From: Bryobacterales bacterium
GTDB taxonomy: Bacteria; Acidobacteriota; Terriglobia; Bryobacterales; Bryobacteraceae
DNA: 64,000 bases
Direction of reading: 5' to 3'
NCBI GenBank assembly: GCA_963841635.1
Contig: CAWJDO010000003.1
Location: forward strand, 159,820 to 223,819
The notes under the pieces were generated by a model, which was given only the letters and a program-made list of their open reading frames with translations, was not told the DNA's origin and did no database searches. Shown here in pieces: positions 16,859 to 25,888 of the stretch; positions within the stretch are counted from its first letter, which is position 1; each line of letters starts with the position of its first letter. Made by a program: the position numbers and the translations under genes.

Positions 16859-18544
16859 TCACTTCAGGATGCCCTTTCCCTCTTTGATTGCGATGTAGCG
16901 GTTGAGGGGCAGCGAGGTGAAGCGGTCCACGCGCTTGGATGGCAGGGGCCAGCGGATTTCGAGGAAGTCGAGCTTCTTCGCCTGCCCGATGCCCAGCACC
17001 ATGCGCGGATCGTGCGACGAAAGATAGCTTCCACCGGCGGTTTTGAGCTGCGACCGCGTGGCGCCTCCGAATCCCCAGGTCACACGCGCGCCCACCGCGT
17101 CGATGTTGGCCGTAGTCCCGATCAGGCGCACGCCCAGCCAGTTGTTGCGCGCTCCCAACTCGTTGTGCAGCAGCAACGGGGCGGCGCCGTTGTTGTTGAT
17201 CAGCACATCGACCCCACCGTCGTTGTCGAAGTCGCCGACCGCGAGGCCTCGCGCCGTCCACTTGGGGCCGAACGCGGGGCCGCCCTGGCTACTGACGTCG
17301 GTCCAGCGCCGCCCGTCGTTGTGAAACAGAAGCAGGGGCTCGGCCGTGGTGACGCTGTCGAGGAACTCCTCGATCATGTCGTTGGGGTGGCCGTTGGAGA
17401 GGAACAGGTCCACGTTGCCGTCGTTGTCGTAGTCCATGAACTTCAGGCCCCAGCCGCTCAGGTAGTACGTGGCGCGGCCGATTCCGCTTTCGTCGGCGCG
17501 GTCCGTGAAAGTTTCGCCGCCGTCGTTGTGATAGAGCGAGAAGCGCTCGCGGTCGATGTTGGCGACGAACAGGTCCTCGCGGCCGTCGTTGTCGTAATCC
17601 GCGGAATCGACGCCCATGCCGGAGCGCGCCTGGCCATCGGCGTTGTAGGCCACTCCCGCCGGGAGGCCGATCTCCTCGAACTTGCCGCCGCCGCGATTGA
17701 CGTAGAGGAAATTGGGCACGGCGTCGTTGGTGACGAACAGATCCATCAGTCCGTCGTTGTTGATGTCGGTGGCCACCACGCCGTGGCACTTTCCGGCGTT
17801 CTTCCCGATATCGGAGAGGTGCCCGACTTCGGTAAACGTCCCGTCGCCGTTGTTGTGATAGAGGGCGCTGTAGTGCGAGTCGAAGATGGTGGGTACGCAG
17901 TAGTAGCGCTTCTTGGCCTGGTTGTCGCCGCAGGTCTTGGGATGATCGCCGCCATAGTCGACGAAGGATCCCACGAACAGGTCGAGCCGGCCGTCGTTGT
18001 CGTAGTCGAACCAAACCGCGGAGGTGGTCCAGCCGCCGTCTCCGCCCACGCCCGCCTCCTTCGTGACGTCGGTGAAGGTGCCGTTGCGGTTGTTGCGGTA
18101 GAGGAAGTTGCCGCCGTAGCAGGTAAAGAGGATGTCCGGGTAACCGTCGCCGTTGTAATCGCCGACGGCCACTCCTTCCCCCCAGCGCGCCGCCATCAGG
18201 CCGGCCCGTTCGGTCACCTCGGTGAAGGTGCCGTTCCGGTTGTTCCGGTACAAGGCGTTCCGTGCCGGCTTCTGCGGATGGTAGAAAGCGGAAGGCCCGG
18301 TATTGATGAGCAGGATGTCCATCCAGCCATCGTTGTCGTAGTCCAGAAAAGCGCAGCCCGAGCACATCGATTCCGGCAGCCAGTGCGCCGGCGACCGGCC
18401 GTTGTCGTGGACCCAGTCGATGCCGCTTTTCGTCGCGGGAACGATCTGGAAGGCGCCACCCGGCGCCGCGCCTCCCCCGCGGGCGCCGCGGGCAAGACCC
18501 AGTGCCCCAAGACCGGTCAGAAGATGGCGGCGGGAGATCTGCAT
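16859..18544 (-). CDS. CRTAC1/ASPIC-UnbV family FG-GAP (VCBS) repeat protein, Tat-type signal (module 1)
   Basis: 561 aa. The N-terminus MQISRRHLLTGLGALGLARGARG looks like a Tat signal. It has many FG-GAP-like repeats (DYDNDGxxDLFVxN) and a C-terminal UnbV/ASPIC-like block (LGVRLIGTTANIDAVGARV...GGSYLSSHDPR). Confidence 0.85.
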   Translation of the reverse strand: MQISRRHLLTGLGALGLARGARGGGAAPGGAFQIVPATKSGIDWVHDNGRSPAHWLPESMCSGCAFLDYDNDGWMDILLINTGPSAFYHPQKPARNALYRNNRNGTFTEVTERAGLMAARWGEGVAVGDYNGDGYPDILFTCYGGNFLYRNNRNGTFTDVTKEAGVGGDGGWTTSAVWFDYDNDGRLDLFVGSFVDYGGDHPKTCGDNQAKKRYYCVPTIFDSHYSALYHNNGDGTFTEVGHLSDIGKNAGKCHGVVATDINNDGLMDLFVTNDAVPNFLYVNRGGGKFEEIGLPAGVAYNADGQARSGMGVDSADYDNDGREDLFVANIDRERFSLYHNDGGETFTDRADESGIGRATYYLSGWGLKFMDYDNDGNVDLFLSNGHPNDMIEEFLDSVTTAEPLLLFHNDGRRWTDVSSQGGPAFGPKWTARGLAVGDFDNDGGVDVLINNNGAAPLLLHNELGARNNWLGVRLIGTTANIDAVGARVTWGFGGATRSQLKTAGGSYLSSHDPRMVLGIGQAKKLDFLEIRWPLPSKRVDRFTSLPLNRYIAIKEGKGILK

Positions 18545-18576
18545 CGAACCCTTTATTGTACCGGAGGCTGCGAGGG

Positions 18577-18630
18577 CGGTCCGCTTACGGTCCGCTTGCG
18601 GTCCGCTTGCTTACGCGCGCGGTTCGGTGC
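18577..18630. repeat. 3 x 11-bp tandem repeat (CGGTCCGCTT[A/G]) fused to a family-A REP right arm (CTTACGCGCGCGGTTCGGTGC)
   Basis: Direct reading, anchored between the CRTAC1 start (18544) and the TPR2 ATG (18704). Confidence 0.85.
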
Positions 18631-18634
18631 TGGC

Positions 18635-18690
18635 GCTGGCGGGTCTGGAGACCCGCTGCAGGCGTGGACGCCTGCCCCACGCTGGCGGGT
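18635..18690. repeat. Family-B double palindrome flanked by a 10-bp direct repeat GCTGGCGGGT
   Basis: GGGTCT-GG-AGACCC lies at 18641-18654 and CAGGCGT-GG-ACGCCTG at 18659-18674. GCTGGCGGGT occurs at both 18635-18644 and 18681-18690. Confidence 0.85.
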
Positions 18691-18703
18691 ATTCTGTATA
18701 GAG

Positions 18704-19828
18704 ATGCGCGTTGCCGTTCTGGTGTTCGCTTTCGCCTTCCTGGCCTGGACTCAGGCGCCGGCGCCCGAACAGCTGTTCAAAGAAGCGGCGGAGGCTCAGC
18801 AGCGGGGCGACGACGCGCTCGCGGTGCGCAAGTACCAGGAGTTGCTCAAGCTGCGGCCGGATGTGCTCGCGGTGCGCGCCAATCTCGGCGCCGCGCTGGC
18901 GCACCTGGGGCGGTTCGATGAAGCCATCGCGCAATACCGGGCCGCGCTGGCTCTGGCCCCGGGTCACCCCGGCCTGCGGCTGAACCTGGCGCTCGCCTAT
19001 TACAAGAAGGGCGACCTGCCGCATGCCACGGTCGAGTTCCGCTCGCTGCACGACGGCGATCCGGGGAATTTCCAGGTGGCCGTACTGTTCGGCACTTGCC
19101 TGGAGCGCCAGGGCCACGACGCGGAAGCGATCGCGGTTCTGGCTCCTCTCGAGGCGGCTCACGCCGAAGACCTCGACCTGGCCTGGTCTCTCGGTTCCGC
19201 GCTGATCCACACCGGCCGTCTGCGGGATGGCCTAACTCGAGTGCAGCGGGTGGCCGAGCGCGGAGACAGCGCGGAGGCCTGGATGCTGGCGGGCGATACC
19301 TCGCTGCGCCTCAACTTCTTCGAGCAGGCTCAGCGCGATGTGGATGCGGCCATCCGTCTGAATCCCCGGCTGCCCGGCGCCTACACCTTGCGGGGACGGG
19401 TGCTGCAGTATCTGGGCGACGACGAGGGCGCCTCCGCCGCGCTGCGCACGGCCCTCGCAGCCAATGCGAACGACTTCGAGGCGCAGTTGAACCTGGGGGC
19501 CGTTCTGGCCTCGGCGAGAGACCTCGAGGGAGCGCGCCGGCACCTCGCCATCGCACTACGCCTGCGGCCCGACTCGCCGCTGGTCCGCTTCGAGATGGCG
19601 CGACTGGAGCGCGCCGAGGGGAAACTCGAAGCCGCCGTGAAGGACATGGAGGCGGTGGTGCGCGCGAATCCGGGGTGGCTCCAGCCGCACATCGAACTGG
19701 CCGCGCTGTATTACCGCGTCAAGCGCCCGGACGATGGGGCCCGGGAGCGCGCGCTGGTCGAGCGCCTCAGCGAGCAGCAGCGGCAGCGCGAACTGCCGGG
19801 CGTCACTCCGCCGCCTCCTTCACCTTAA
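18704..19828 (+). CDS. TPR repeat protein, secreted (module 2)
   Basis: This is the 3' part of the long ORF 16850-19828. The in-frame ATG at 18704 gives MRVAVLVFAFAFLAWTQAPAPEQLFKEAAEAQQRGDDALAVRKYQELLKLRPD, which is collinear with the 15684 protein. Confidence 0.8.
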   Translation: MRVAVLVFAFAFLAWTQAPAPEQLFKEAAEAQQRGDDALAVRKYQELLKLRPDVLAVRANLGAALAHLGRFDEAIAQYRAALALAPGHPGLRLNLALAYYKKGDLPHATVEFRSLHDGDPGNFQVAVLFGTCLERQGHDAEAIAVLAPLEAAHAEDLDLAWSLGSALIHTGRLRDGLTRVQRVAERGDSAEAWMLAGDTSLRLNFFEQAQRDVDAAIRLNPRLPGAYTLRGRVLQYLGDDEGASAALRTALAANANDFEAQLNLGAVLASARDLEGARRHLAIALRLRPDSPLVRFEMARLERAEGKLEAAVKDMEAVVRANPGWLQPHIELAALYYRVKRPDDGARERALVERLSEQQRQRELPGVTPPPPSP

Positions 19829-21539
19829 CCACGCGGTCGGCGGGCACGTTCCGGAGCGTCTGCACGATGCCGGACGGCCAATGGATCTCGATCGAGTCCG
19901 CCTTCTCGCTGTTGCCTAGCCCGAAGTGCACGGGCCCGTAGCTGGAGGAGGCGAACCCGACGCAGGTGGTCATGTGGTTGTACTGCGTTCCGCTCTTTGC
20001 TACGAGCTTGATGCGGGCGCCGATGCCGTCGCGGTTGCTTTTGGTTCCCTCGAGCGCGATGTCCAGCCAGTGGCCGCCCGACGGGCTGCGGTTCATCCAG
20101 ATCTCCGCGCCGGCGCCCAGTGCGGTGGTCACCACGTCCACGCGGCCGTCGCCGTCGAGGTCGCCGAACGCGGAGCCGCGGTGACGCCCCGCGGGAGCCG
20201 CCGCGAGGCCAGCCTCTTCCGTCAGCGACTGCCACTTTCCGCTCGGCCCGAGCTTCCGGAAGACGCTGTTGTGCTGATCGACAACGGTGTTGGGCGAGGG
20301 ACGCGAGAGTACGTCCCCGCGCGTGACGAACAGGTCCTTCCATCCGTCGTTATCGAGATCGTAGAGGCCCACGCTGAAACCCGACATCGACCAGGCCAGC
20401 CTTCGCATCCCGGTCTCCGCCGTGACCTCGCGGAACCCGTGGCCGGCCAGGTTCTTGAAGAGCGGAAAAGTCTGCCTGCTCAGAGCCACAAACGCCAGGT
20501 CCGGATAGCCGTCGTTATCGAAATCGCGAAAATCGAGACCCATTCCGGAGATAAAGTTGCCATCTTCCGCCAGAGCGACGCCGGCATCGAAGGCGATCTC
20601 TTCAAATTTTCCGCCCAGGTTATGGAAAAAGAAGTTATATTCCGCGTCGTTGGTGACGAACAGGTCGGGGCGTCCGTCCAGGTCGTAGTCCGCCATGCCC
20701 GCGCCCATGCCCTTGCCGATGTGGCCCCGAATGCCCCACTCCTTCGACACGTCCCGGAAGGTCCCGTCCCCGTTGTTCAGGAACAACTGGTTGGGCAGCC
20801 CCTTGTAGAACCTGGGGCTGCAATAGTCGGGCGCGCCTTTGTATTCGCAGAGCGGCTCGGTGGCGTAGTCCCACTTCAGGTAATTCACGACGAACAGATC
20901 GAGCAGGCCATCGTTATTCACGTCCACCCAGACGGCGCCAATGGCCCACAGGGGGCCGTAGTCCGGGTCTGGGCGGTCGATCCCCGCCTGGGCGGTGACG
21001 TCGCGAAAGGTCCCGTCGCGGTTGTTGTGGTAGAGCGTGACGCGGTGCGGGCCGCCCACGAACAAGTCGGGGTAGCCGTCGTTGTCGTAGTCGCCCACCG
21101 CTACGCTGCCGTCATAGCCGATCCCCTCCAGGCCGGCCGCCTTGGTGACGTCCGTGAACTGACCGCCGCCATCGTTTCGGAACAGCCGGTCGGAATACTT
21201 GGCCGAGTCCTTTTTTAGCGTGGCGAGGTTGGCTCCATTGGTAAAGAAGATGTCGGGACGGCCGTCCCGGTTGTAGTCGAAGATCGCCACTCCTCCGGCC
21301 ATGGTGGCCGGAACGTGCCGCGCCGTGACCTCGCCGTGCTCGAGGCGGAAGGGAATGGTCTCGAGCGAGAACCGGATCGGCGAAGCGGGAGCGTCCGTGC
21401 GGCTGAAGACGGCGGATGCGGCGAAGAGCACGAGGACGGCGGGCGCCCACGGCGCCCACTGGCGGCTACTGAGTTGCGGGTGGCCCGACAAGAATTCCTC
21501 CGGACAAAAAAATCGGGGGCGGCTTTCACCGCCCCCCAT
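19803..21539 (-). CDS. CRTAC1/ASPIC-UnbV family FG-GAP repeat protein (module 2)
   Basis: 578 aa with FG-GAP repeats (DYNRDGRPDIFFTNG, DYDNDGYPDLFVGG, DLDNDGWKDLFVT) and a C-terminal UnbV-like block (GARIKLVAKSGTQYNHMTTCVGFASSS). The exact start is uncertain. Confidence 0.85.
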   Translation of the reverse strand: MGGGESRPRFFCPEEFLSGHPQLSSRQWAPWAPAVLVLFAASAVFSRTDAPASPIRFSLETIPFRLEHGEVTARHVPATMAGGVAIFDYNRDGRPDIFFTNGANLATLKKDSAKYSDRLFRNDGGGQFTDVTKAAGLEGIGYDGSVAVGDYDNDGYPDLFVGGPHRVTLYHNNRDGTFRDVTAQAGIDRPDPDYGPLWAIGAVWVDVNNDGLLDLFVVNYLKWDYATEPLCEYKGAPDYCSPRFYKGLPNQLFLNNGDGTFRDVSKEWGIRGHIGKGMGAGMADYDLDGRPDLFVTNDAEYNFFFHNLGGKFEEIAFDAGVALAEDGNFISGMGLDFRDFDNDGYPDLAFVALSRQTFPLFKNLAGHGFREVTAETGMRRLAWSMSGFSVGLYDLDNDGWKDLFVTRGDVLSRPSPNTVVDQHNSVFRKLGPSGKWQSLTEEAGLAAAPAGRHRGSAFGDLDGDGRVDVVTTALGAGAEIWMNRSPSGGHWLDIALEGTKSNRDGIGARIKLVAKSGTQYNHMTTCVGFASSSYGPVHFGLGNSEKADSIEIHWPSGIVQTLRNVPADRVVKVKEAAE

Positions 21540-21567
21540 ATTGTACTGCCCGGTCTTTGGGACCGTG

Positions 21568-24500
21568 CTAGAAGACGTACTTCAAGCTGAACATGACCAC
21601 GCGGCGTCCGCCGGTGTTCAGAGCGTTGCCAGTGACCAACTGATTCTGGTTGGTCGAGGTGATCACGTTGTTATGGTTGAAGCTCAAGGAGATGTCCGAG
21701 TTGTTAAGGCTCAGATCGGCATTGGGGTGGTTCAGGAAGTTGTAAGTCTGCATCCTGAACTGGATCTGCTGATGCTCCTTGAAGTTGAAGTTCTTGTACA
21801 GGGAGAGATCGGAGTTGATGTAGCCCGGTCCCTTGATGTACGGCCAGATGAGCGTGCCATTCTGACCAAGTGTGCTCGGAGGAGCGAAGCAGGCGGGGTT
21901 GAAGTACTTGCCGCCACCGTTGCGCGGATCGCAAATGACCTGCGGAACGACGCCCGTGTTCGGCTCCATGTTGGTGCCGAGCCACTGCTGCTGCGAATAG
22001 GCGCTGGGCCAGTTCACGTTCATGCCGCCGCCAGTGTTGGGCTGGATCGGAGCGCCACTCTGGAACTGGGTGATACCGGAGAGTTCCCAACCGTTTACGA
22101 CGCCAGCGGCGAGCTTGTTGCCGTGGATCGGGCTCGGAAGGTTGATCACATACGCCGCGTTGAAAATGTGGGTATGGTCGAAGCCGAGGACGCCGTAGTT
22201 CTTGTCCAGGCTGTAACCATCGACCGCAGCGCCCTGGCCGGTTCCGTTGTCGGTTTCGCCGTCACGGATGCCAAGCACCTTGCTGAAGGTGTAGTTCGCG
22301 GTGAACGTCACATGGCCGGTCTGCTTCTGCCACGTCGCGATGAACGCGTTGTAGTTCGAGTAGCTGCCGTGGGTGACGAGGTTCATGTTGGATGCGCCAG
22401 AGGTAACGTACGCAAACAGGGGATAGTAATCCTGCGTGGTAACGTTGGCGGCGCAACCGACCGTCAGCGTGGCGCAGGGGTTCGCGCCCGTCAACGGATC
22501 CGGCTTGAAGTACGCACCGAACGGGGTGCGGTTGAAGTTGTTGACGTTCAAGTTGCCGGACAGCATCATGTCCTTGCTGCGATTACCCGAATACTGGAAT
22601 TCCGCAACGGAGTTCCAGGGCACGCGCTGGGACACGGTGAAGTTGAAGGTGTAGGTGTGCGGCGTTCTGCTGTCGCCTTCCTGAAGCAGGTTGCCGATGA
22701 AGCCGCCCAAACCCTTGGTGGTCCCAACGCTGGTGGAAACCGGGTTGAAGGAGTCGGCTCCGGGGCTCCACTGGTTGTAACCGGGCTGGGACAGCCAGGT
22801 GTACGTCGAGAGGTAACCCAGCGGGTCGGTGTACATGCCGCCCGAGACGCTGTTGAAGGCCAACTGATAACGGTATTCGCCGAAACCGCCGCGAAGGACC
22901 GTCTTGCCGTTGCCGAACAGATCATACGCCACGCCGATGCGGGGCTCGGGGAAGAACGACTTCGAGGGGAACCCGGATCTCGGGATCTTGCTGTCGATCT
23001 TGTTGTACAACAGGCCCGTCCACGGCACGGTGTTGACCGCGCAACCGCCGTTGACCTGCTGCACGATGCTGCATCCTGCAGTGGCCGTCGGCTGCTTGTA
23101 GCTGGCCCAATCCCAAACCGCGAGGCCGGGACCGGCAGCCGGAACCCATTCGCCCATGTGGTCCATACGGAGGCCGTAGGTGAGGGTCAGCCGGCGGCTG
23201 GCCTTCCAGGCATCCTGGACGTAGAACGAATACTGATAGTACTTGAAGTCGGAGGTCGGAGCGCCGTTCTGCTGTCCGAAGTTCACGCGGCCGGTTACGA
23301 AGTCGGCCAGCGCGTTGCCGCTGCTATTGCCCTGCCAGTTGAATACACGGATGCTGCCCTGGGCAGAAGGATCCATGCCGCCACCGGTCTGCCAGTTGCG
23401 GTTGTAGTCCCAATAGAAGCCAGCCTTCACGGTGTGGGTGCCCCAAACTTTACTGACGTTGTCGCTGATGTTCGGCGCCTGAGAGGTCTTGCCGAAATCG
23501 GCGATGTAGCCCTTGATGCCCATGGTGTAAACGCTGTATCCAGCAACGCCAGAAGAGCTGTTTCCACCGTCCCAACCGGACACCAGGTCAAAAATCTGCG
23601 GCTTGTAGGGGTAGCTGCCCGCATAGAGGTTGTTGAGAGTCAGACCGAGCTTGCTGGGGTCAACGGCGGCGCCGTTGGTCAGGTTGATCGGGTTGACGAA
23701 CTCGGAGTAAGCGAACACGAACTCGTTGGTGAGGGTGGGCGAAAAGACGTGCGTCAGGTTCGAGCTGTAAACCTGCGAAACCTGGTTAGCCGGCAAGCCA
23801 CCCGGATACGGCAACGCAGCGGCGGTGTGCCACCAGATGTTGATCGGGTTCTGATCGGCTTCGTCCTGGCGGTTCCAGGAGAAGAACAACTTGGTGTTGT
23901 CGCTGATGTTGTAGTCGCCACGGAGACGGAGTTCCCACCGGTTCTGGGGCGGGTTGAGCAGCGTCTGGTAGTTGGAACCGAGGCTGTTCGAGGTGGTGTT
24001 GACCAGGCTGCTGATCGGCTGCGTCTTCCAGTAGTTGATGGAGATCGGAGCGATCAGGTTGGCCGGGATCATGCCGTTCGGGTAGAGGCTCGGCGCGCAG
24101 TTCCCGGTGTTGCTGCAGGGGACCACGTTCATCTGGCTTTCGCCGTTCCCGTAATGGCCGTTCCAGTTCGAACCGAGGCTGGCGATGTAATCCGGCGAGA
24201 AGTTGCCGGGCGTCGTGGCTACGCCACCGACGGGGTTGCCCATCATCTGGGGAGTCGCGATGAAGTAGCTGGCGAGAGCGCCCGCCTGCTGCTGGCGCAT
24301 ATCTTCGAACGCGGCGTAGAAGAACAGCTTGTCGCGGTTCTTGTTGAAGCCGGTGCCCGGAATCAGGACCGGTCCGCCGATGTCGCCGCCGGGATAATAG
24401 TAGTGATCGTCGGGCTTCTTGACTCCCTGGCTGTTGAAGAAGGAATCGGTGGAGTTGAAGACACCGTTGCGGGCGTAGAAGTAGCCCGAACCGTGGAACT

Positions 24501-25287
24501 GAGCTCCGCCGCTCTTTCCGATGGCCTGGAAGGTAACCGGGCCCTTTGCGAATTCGGCGCCGTACGCGGAGGTCAACAGCGTAACTTCAGCCGTCTGGTC
24601 CGCGTTGATGTTGGCGACCTGCGTCCCCTGGTTGCCGGGATCGAGCAGGTTGGCACCGTCCGAGGTCATCGTCATGGCGCCGTACGGCTGCGTGCCGTTC
24701 GCGCTGTACTGACCGATCGGGCCGGTGTTGTTCGCCGTGCCGCTCGTCGCATCGAAGGGAGCCCTGGTCGAAAGACCGTTGGTGGCGCCCATGCCCGGCA
24801 TGATCTTAATCAGCTCAGCCGCATCGCGGCCGCCGATCGAGATCTGGCTGATCATCTGGCTGTTCAGCGTGGTGCTGGCCTGGCCAGTGTCAACAGGCAC
24901 GATCATCTCGGTGGCCGAAACCACCGTGACTTCCTGTTTCGCCCCGCGGACGTTCAGCGTGATGTTCGGCAAAGTGGCGCTGGCGCCCTGCGTGATCGCA
25001 ATTCCTTTTCCTTCCCAGGAATTGAACCCAGGCGCCGTAACCGTGACGGTATAGGAGCCGGGCTGAACTGCCTGGAAGTCGAAAACACCGCTGTTGTTCG
25101 TGACGGTGTCGCGGGTTGTGTTGGTCAGCTCGCTCTTCAACACGACTTTGGCGTTCGGAATGACAGCGCCAGACGCGTCGTAGACCGAGGAGCTCAACCT
25201 ACCGGTACCGACCTGACCAAAAGCGGGTAGTTGAGAGAAAATCAGGACTGCAATCAGCAGCCCTGCAAAAACTGTCGCATGTTTCAT
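21568..25287 (-). CDS. TonB-dependent-receptor-like outer-membrane protein with an N-terminal CarboxypepD_reg domain
   Basis: ORF 21568-25674. The likely start is the ATG at 25287 (MKHATVFAGLLIAVLIFSQLPAFGQ). It has a prealbumin-like domain (VYDASGAVIPNAKVVLKSELTNTTRDTVTNNSGVFDFQAVQPGSYTVTV), a plug-like block (ISIGGRDAAELIKIMPGM), and a long beta-rich body ending in ...FSLKYVF with a terminal Phe. Confidence 0.8.
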   Translation of the reverse strand: MKHATVFAGLLIAVLIFSQLPAFGQVGTGRLSSSVYDASGAVIPNAKVVLKSELTNTTRDTVTNNSGVFDFQAVQPGSYTVTVTAPGFNSWEGKGIAITQGASATLPNITLNVRGAKQEVTVVSATEMIVPVDTGQASTTLNSQMISQISIGGRDAAELIKIMPGMGATNGLSTRAPFDATSGTANNTGPIGQYSANGTQPYGAMTMTSDGANLLDPGNQGTQVANINADQTAEVTLLTSAYGAEFAKGPVTFQAIGKSGGAQFHGSGYFYARNGVFNSTDSFFNSQGVKKPDDHYYYPGGDIGGPVLIPGTGFNKNRDKLFFYAAFEDMRQQQAGALASYFIATPQMMGNPVGGVATTPGNFSPDYIASLGSNWNGHYGNGESQMNVVPCSNTGNCAPSLYPNGMIPANLIAPISINYWKTQPISSLVNTTSNSLGSNYQTLLNPPQNRWELRLRGDYNISDNTKLFFSWNRQDEADQNPINIWWHTAAALPYPGGLPANQVSQVYSSNLTHVFSPTLTNEFVFAYSEFVNPINLTNGAAVDPSKLGLTLNNLYAGSYPYKPQIFDLVSGWDGGNSSSGVAGYSVYTMGIKGYIADFGKTSQAPNISDNVSKVWGTHTVKAGFYWDYNRNWQTGGGMDPSAQGSIRVFNWQGNSSGNALADFVTGRVNFGQQNGAPTSDFKYYQYSFYVQDAWKASRRLTLTYGLRMDHMGEWVPAAGPGLAVWDWASYKQPTATAGCSIVQQVNGGCAVNTVPWTGLLYNKIDSKIPRSGFPSKSFFPEPRIGVAYDLFGNGKTVLRGGFGEYRYQLAFNSVSGGMYTDPLGYLSTYTWLSQPGYNQWSPGADSFNPVSTSVGTTKGLGGFIGNLLQEGDSRTPHTYTFNFTVSQRVPWNSVAEFQYSGNRSKDMMLSGNLNVNNFNRTPFGAYFKPDPLTGANPCATLTVGCAANVTTQDYYPLFAYVTSGASNMNLVTHGSYSNYNAFIATWQKQTGHVTFTANYTFSKVLGIRDGETDNGTGQGAAVDGYSLDKNYGVLGFDHTHIFNAAYVINLPSPIHGNKLAAGVVNGWELSGITQFQSGAPIQPNTGGGMNVNWPSAYSQQQWLGTNMEPNTGVVPQVICDPRNGGGKYFNPACFAPPSTLGQNGTLIWPYIKGPGYINSDLSLYKNFNFKEHQQIQFRMQTYNFLNHPNADLSLNNSDISLSFNHNNVITSTNQNQLVTGNALNTGGRRVVMFSLKYVF

Positions 25288-25718
25288 TATTTGGGACCCC
25301 TTTTCAAACACTGATGTGAATAGCCCGGCGCGGGACGAGGCCGGTGCACCGGCTCCCTGGTTAACACTCCAGGAGGCCGTATACCCCGGATGAAGAGACA
25401 AGGGTGCGCCTCGATACCAAGTTGTTTGGGATTTGCAACTTCGATCAGAATCGCCGTAGCACGTAGATCCGTGCCATCCGTGACGGGAGCGGCCGCGCCG
25501 GCTGGACCCGCTGGAGTGAGCCTGGACATCCATTGCCTGCCCAGGACCCGCCACGGTAGGAGTGCCTGCCTTGGAGACGGAAAAAAAGCCGTGCTCACCC
25601 GCTACATCGCAGGCGCTACAGCTTGACTCTGCCTTCCCCATAACGAAGCAAGACCCTTTTGCGAGACTCGGCAAGAACCTGGGCGCAGACCGCCAACTGT
25701 CGGTTCTTGTCTTATCAG

Positions 25719-25747
25719 AGGTTAGTGCGAATGTACTAGAGAGTCAA
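25719..25747 (-). promoter_or_regulatory. Candidate sigma-70-type promoter for the receptor gene (-35 TTGACT, 17-nt spacer, -10 TAACCT)
   Basis: Read on the minus strand inside a conspicuously AT-rich island. On the + strand, AGTCAA lies at 25742-25747 and AGGTTA at 25719-25724. This is motif-based only. Confidence 0.3.
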
Positions 25748-25888
25748 GTAAATTCTTGCACCAAAAACCATACGTTAAGAAGTATTAGTAATATGAAAAG
25801 CCATAGCGGCAACACAATGAAAACAAAGACAATTCTGCCGCTGCGCGGACTCGCGTTTTAGATCCCATTTCGCGCTATCCTGGGACCC

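Noticed and set aside
16850-18703. The 5' two-thirds of the 992-aa + strand ORF 16850-19828
   Set aside because: This part is antisense to the CRTAC1-like gene and is low-complexity. Only the 3' part from the ATG at 18704 (signal peptide + TPR repeats, paralogous to 15684-16781) looks real.
21301-25230. 1309-aa ORF on the + strand
   Set aside because: It is antisense to the TonB-dependent-like receptor gene. It has no recognisable motif and the composition of a GC-driven shadow ORF.
25288-25720. Possible cobalamin (or other) riboswitch in the leader of the outer-membrane receptor gene
   Set aside because: I could not find a B12 box, the GCCACTG core or any other riboswitch signature by eye. 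It is retained only as an unexplained long leader (see findings).
25793-25861. 22-codon ORF (MKSHSGNTMKTKTILPLRGLAF) in the AT-rich island
   Set aside because: It has no convincing ribosome-binding site. Its composition is simply that of the AT-rich promoter region. It is probably non-coding.
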